Positions 50,652-52,310 of a DNA stretch of 52,310 nucleotides are shown one piece after another. Source of the stretch: an archaeon. Its GTDB lineage: Archaea > Nanobdellota > Nanobdellia > SCGC-AAA011-G17 > GW2011-AR20. Each line of letters opens with the position of its first letter. Position 1 is the stretch's first letter. Where the stretch lies: positions 1 to 52,310 of the forward strand of contig NZCT01000030.1 of the NCBI GenBank assembly GCA_002688355.1, read 5' to 3'. The notes below the pieces were generated by a model. That model was given only the letters and a program-made list of their open reading frames with translations, was not told the DNA's origin and searched no databases. A program made the position numbers and the translations under genes.

Positions 50652-51008
50652 TTATATTAATATTAAATGACTTTTCTGCTTAATTGTTATTATTTTATTT
50701 TCTGTTAATCTACTTCTTAACCCTATATCTTGAGTAGCAACAACGACATTTTTATCATTATTAGCTAAATTAACTATTAAATCATCTACAATTTTGTCCT
50801 CAGATGCATTTATAACCTTTACGTTTTTTTTCATTAATAAATCTACTGCTAATTTCCCATCTTTTTTTCTCTTAAATTCCCCTATAGATCTATCTATAAT
50901 ACTTATTTCATAATTAAAATTACTAATTCTTTCTATCTCTCTAAAAATATCTATTTTAAATTTTATACATGTTAGCACAAAACTAGTATCTAATATTATA
51001 TTATACAT
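50652..51008 (-). CDS. PIN domain protein (Fcf1/Utp24-like)
   Basis: IILDTSF, VDDLI, VATQD; conserved position upstream of rpo7. Confidence 0.9.
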   Translation of the reverse strand: MYNIILDTSFVLTCIKFKIDIFREIERISNFNYEISIIDRSIGEFKRKKDGKLAVDLLMKKNVKVINASEDKIVDDLIVNLANNDKNVVVATQDIGLRSRLTENKIITIKQKSHLILI

Positions 51009-51114
51009 TTTTAACTTTTCAGATAAACATCTTTATAAAACTAATTTATTTTAAATTTCCAGTAAACTTTATATAAGATATACTTTATTCCATAATTAAT
51101 TAAAGGAGGATAAA

Positions 51115-51828
51115 ATGAAAAAAATTTTTAGTATACTAATTATGTTTATGTTTCTATTTGGATTTTCTAATGTTTTAGCACAAGAAGATACTACAGTAAC
51201 AGATGATTCTACTGATCGAGCAAATAAACTACAAGATAGAAAAGAAAATTTAAAGGAAAGAGCAAGCCATCTTAAAGATAAAGCCACAGATAAATTAAAT
51301 AAATTAAAAGATAGAAAAACTAATCTAAAAGATCTAGATTCTAAATTAAAAGATAAAAGAATAAAGAAAAGAACTATCCATAAAGATAAAATCATGCATG
51401 CAAAGGAAATGTTTCATGATAGGAAAACAAAATTTGCTGAAAAAAGAGATCTAGTAAAAGACAGAAGAGCAAAAATTAGAGATTTAAAATCTAAAACCGT
51501 AGAAGAAAGACTAACTATTATGAAAGAACATCTTTCTAACGCAGCAGATTTACTAATAAATATTCTTCAAAGAATAAAAGATAAAGTTGAAAGCTCAGAA
51601 AGATTTACTGAAGCAGAATCCTTAGAAATAGTTACAGATATTGACTCTAAAGTTTCAGAATTAGAAGAACAAAAAACTAACATTGATGCAGCAACCACAA
51701 AAGAAGAATTAAAAGAAGCTAGCAAAAGTCTAAGAAAGAATTTCGTAGAGTTAAAGAAATCAATTCGAGACCATATAAAATCTGTAAAGGATAAACAAGA
51801 TGAAACTCTTGAGGAAGGTGAAGAATGA
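51115..51828 (+). CDS. secreted highly charged coiled-coil protein
   Basis: Signal peptide ending VLA-Q; K/R/E/D heptads; GGAGGA SD. Confidence 0.75.
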   Translation: MKKIFSILIMFMFLFGFSNVLAQEDTTVTDDSTDRANKLQDRKENLKERASHLKDKATDKLNKLKDRKTNLKDLDSKLKDKRIKKRTIHKDKIMHAKEMFHDRKTKFAEKRDLVKDRRAKIRDLKSKTVEERLTIMKEHLSNAADLLINILQRIKDKVESSERFTEAESLEIVTDIDSKVSELEEQKTNIDAATTKEELKEASKSLRKNFVELKKSIRDHIKSVKDKQDETLEEGEE

Positions 51829-52013
51829 AATCTTACATCTTTTTAATTTTAGTTTTAGGTCTATTAATTTCAGGTTGTAGTTCTATTGAAACAACAGATA
51901 CAACAACTACAATTGCTGAAGCAGATGATACTAATGAAATTACAGAAGATATAAACACTTCAGAACTTGACAATTTAGACCAAGACTTTGCAGATATTGA
52001 AGAATATCTCTAA
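51825..52013 (+). CDS. small acidic lipoprotein
   Basis: Lipobox ISGC, Thr/Asp/Glu-rich, ELDNLDQDFADIE; ATGA coupling. Confidence 0.7.
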   Translation: MKSYIFLILVLGLLISGCSSIETTDTTTTIAEADDTNEITEDINTSELDNLDQDFADIEEYL

Positions 52014-52088
52014 TTCTTTTTTTTATTTTTACTTAATAATAAAATCGTTCTCTGGTGCATTAAAGGGTGTTAATCATAATAAAAAATT

Positions 52089-52226
52089 TTAACTTTTCTT
52101 TTGTAGTGCTTCTTTTAATGCCCTCTCAACAAATTCGGAATATTGTAAATTATCATCTATACTTCTATGTTGCACCTCTTTCCAAAGTTTTGGGTCTAAT
52201 TTAATGCTTATGGTTGTTTTTTCCAT
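52089..52226 (-). CDS. 45-aa CopG/ribbon-helix-helix protein, not in the ORF track
   Basis: MEKTTISIKLDPKLWKEVQHRSIDDNLQYSEFVERALKEALQKKS. Confidence 0.7.
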   Translation of the reverse strand: MEKTTISIKLDPKLWKEVQHRSIDDNLQYSEFVERALKEALQKKS

Positions 52227-52310
52227 ATCATAATAATAGAGATTACTATATATAAATATTACTATACTACAAAATATATATTATTATAACAATATATTTA
52301 TATACTACGA

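Overview
Very AT-rich archaeal chromosome segment, most consistent with a DPANN lineage (Woesearchaeota/Pacearchaeota-like). That assignment is inferred from the divergent archaeal 16S/23S, compact overlapping genes and archaeal core gene order. Core content: nop5-fibrillarin, thermosome, elp3, rpl21e-rpo4-DUF655, rps13-rps4-rps11, EF-1alpha, rps10, eL41 (missed by the ORF track), 16S-tRNA-Ala-[nuclease ORF]-23S, tRNA-His, alaX, scpA and PIN-rpo7-spt4-rps24e-rps27ae. Four tRNAs are present; two (Ser-GCU, Ala-UGC) each carry two BHB-type introns. Accessory content includes glycosyltransferases, a radical SAM/SPASM enzyme, DNA repair genes, a TlpA-CcdA-MerT-like-DUF3179 redox/metal module, an M23 peptidase and many orphans. 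Most notable observations: (1) an independently transcribed 73-aa protamine-like Arg/Ser/Ala repeat protein; (2) a promoter-driven ~60-nt UUCG hairpin RNA candidate whose 5' arm copies the 16S anti-Shine-Dalgarno sequence; (3) a PD-(D/E)XK nuclease gene inside the rRNA spacer; (4) a tandem-HTH nuclease cassette with GC-rich ends that appears to have rewritten the rps11 3' end; (5) unusual 23S peptidyl-transferase-centre and macrolide-site residues; (6) a stand-alone HPF-like protein; (7) a phosphatase/msrA deletion chimera. All assignments come from reading the sequence; no database searches were run.
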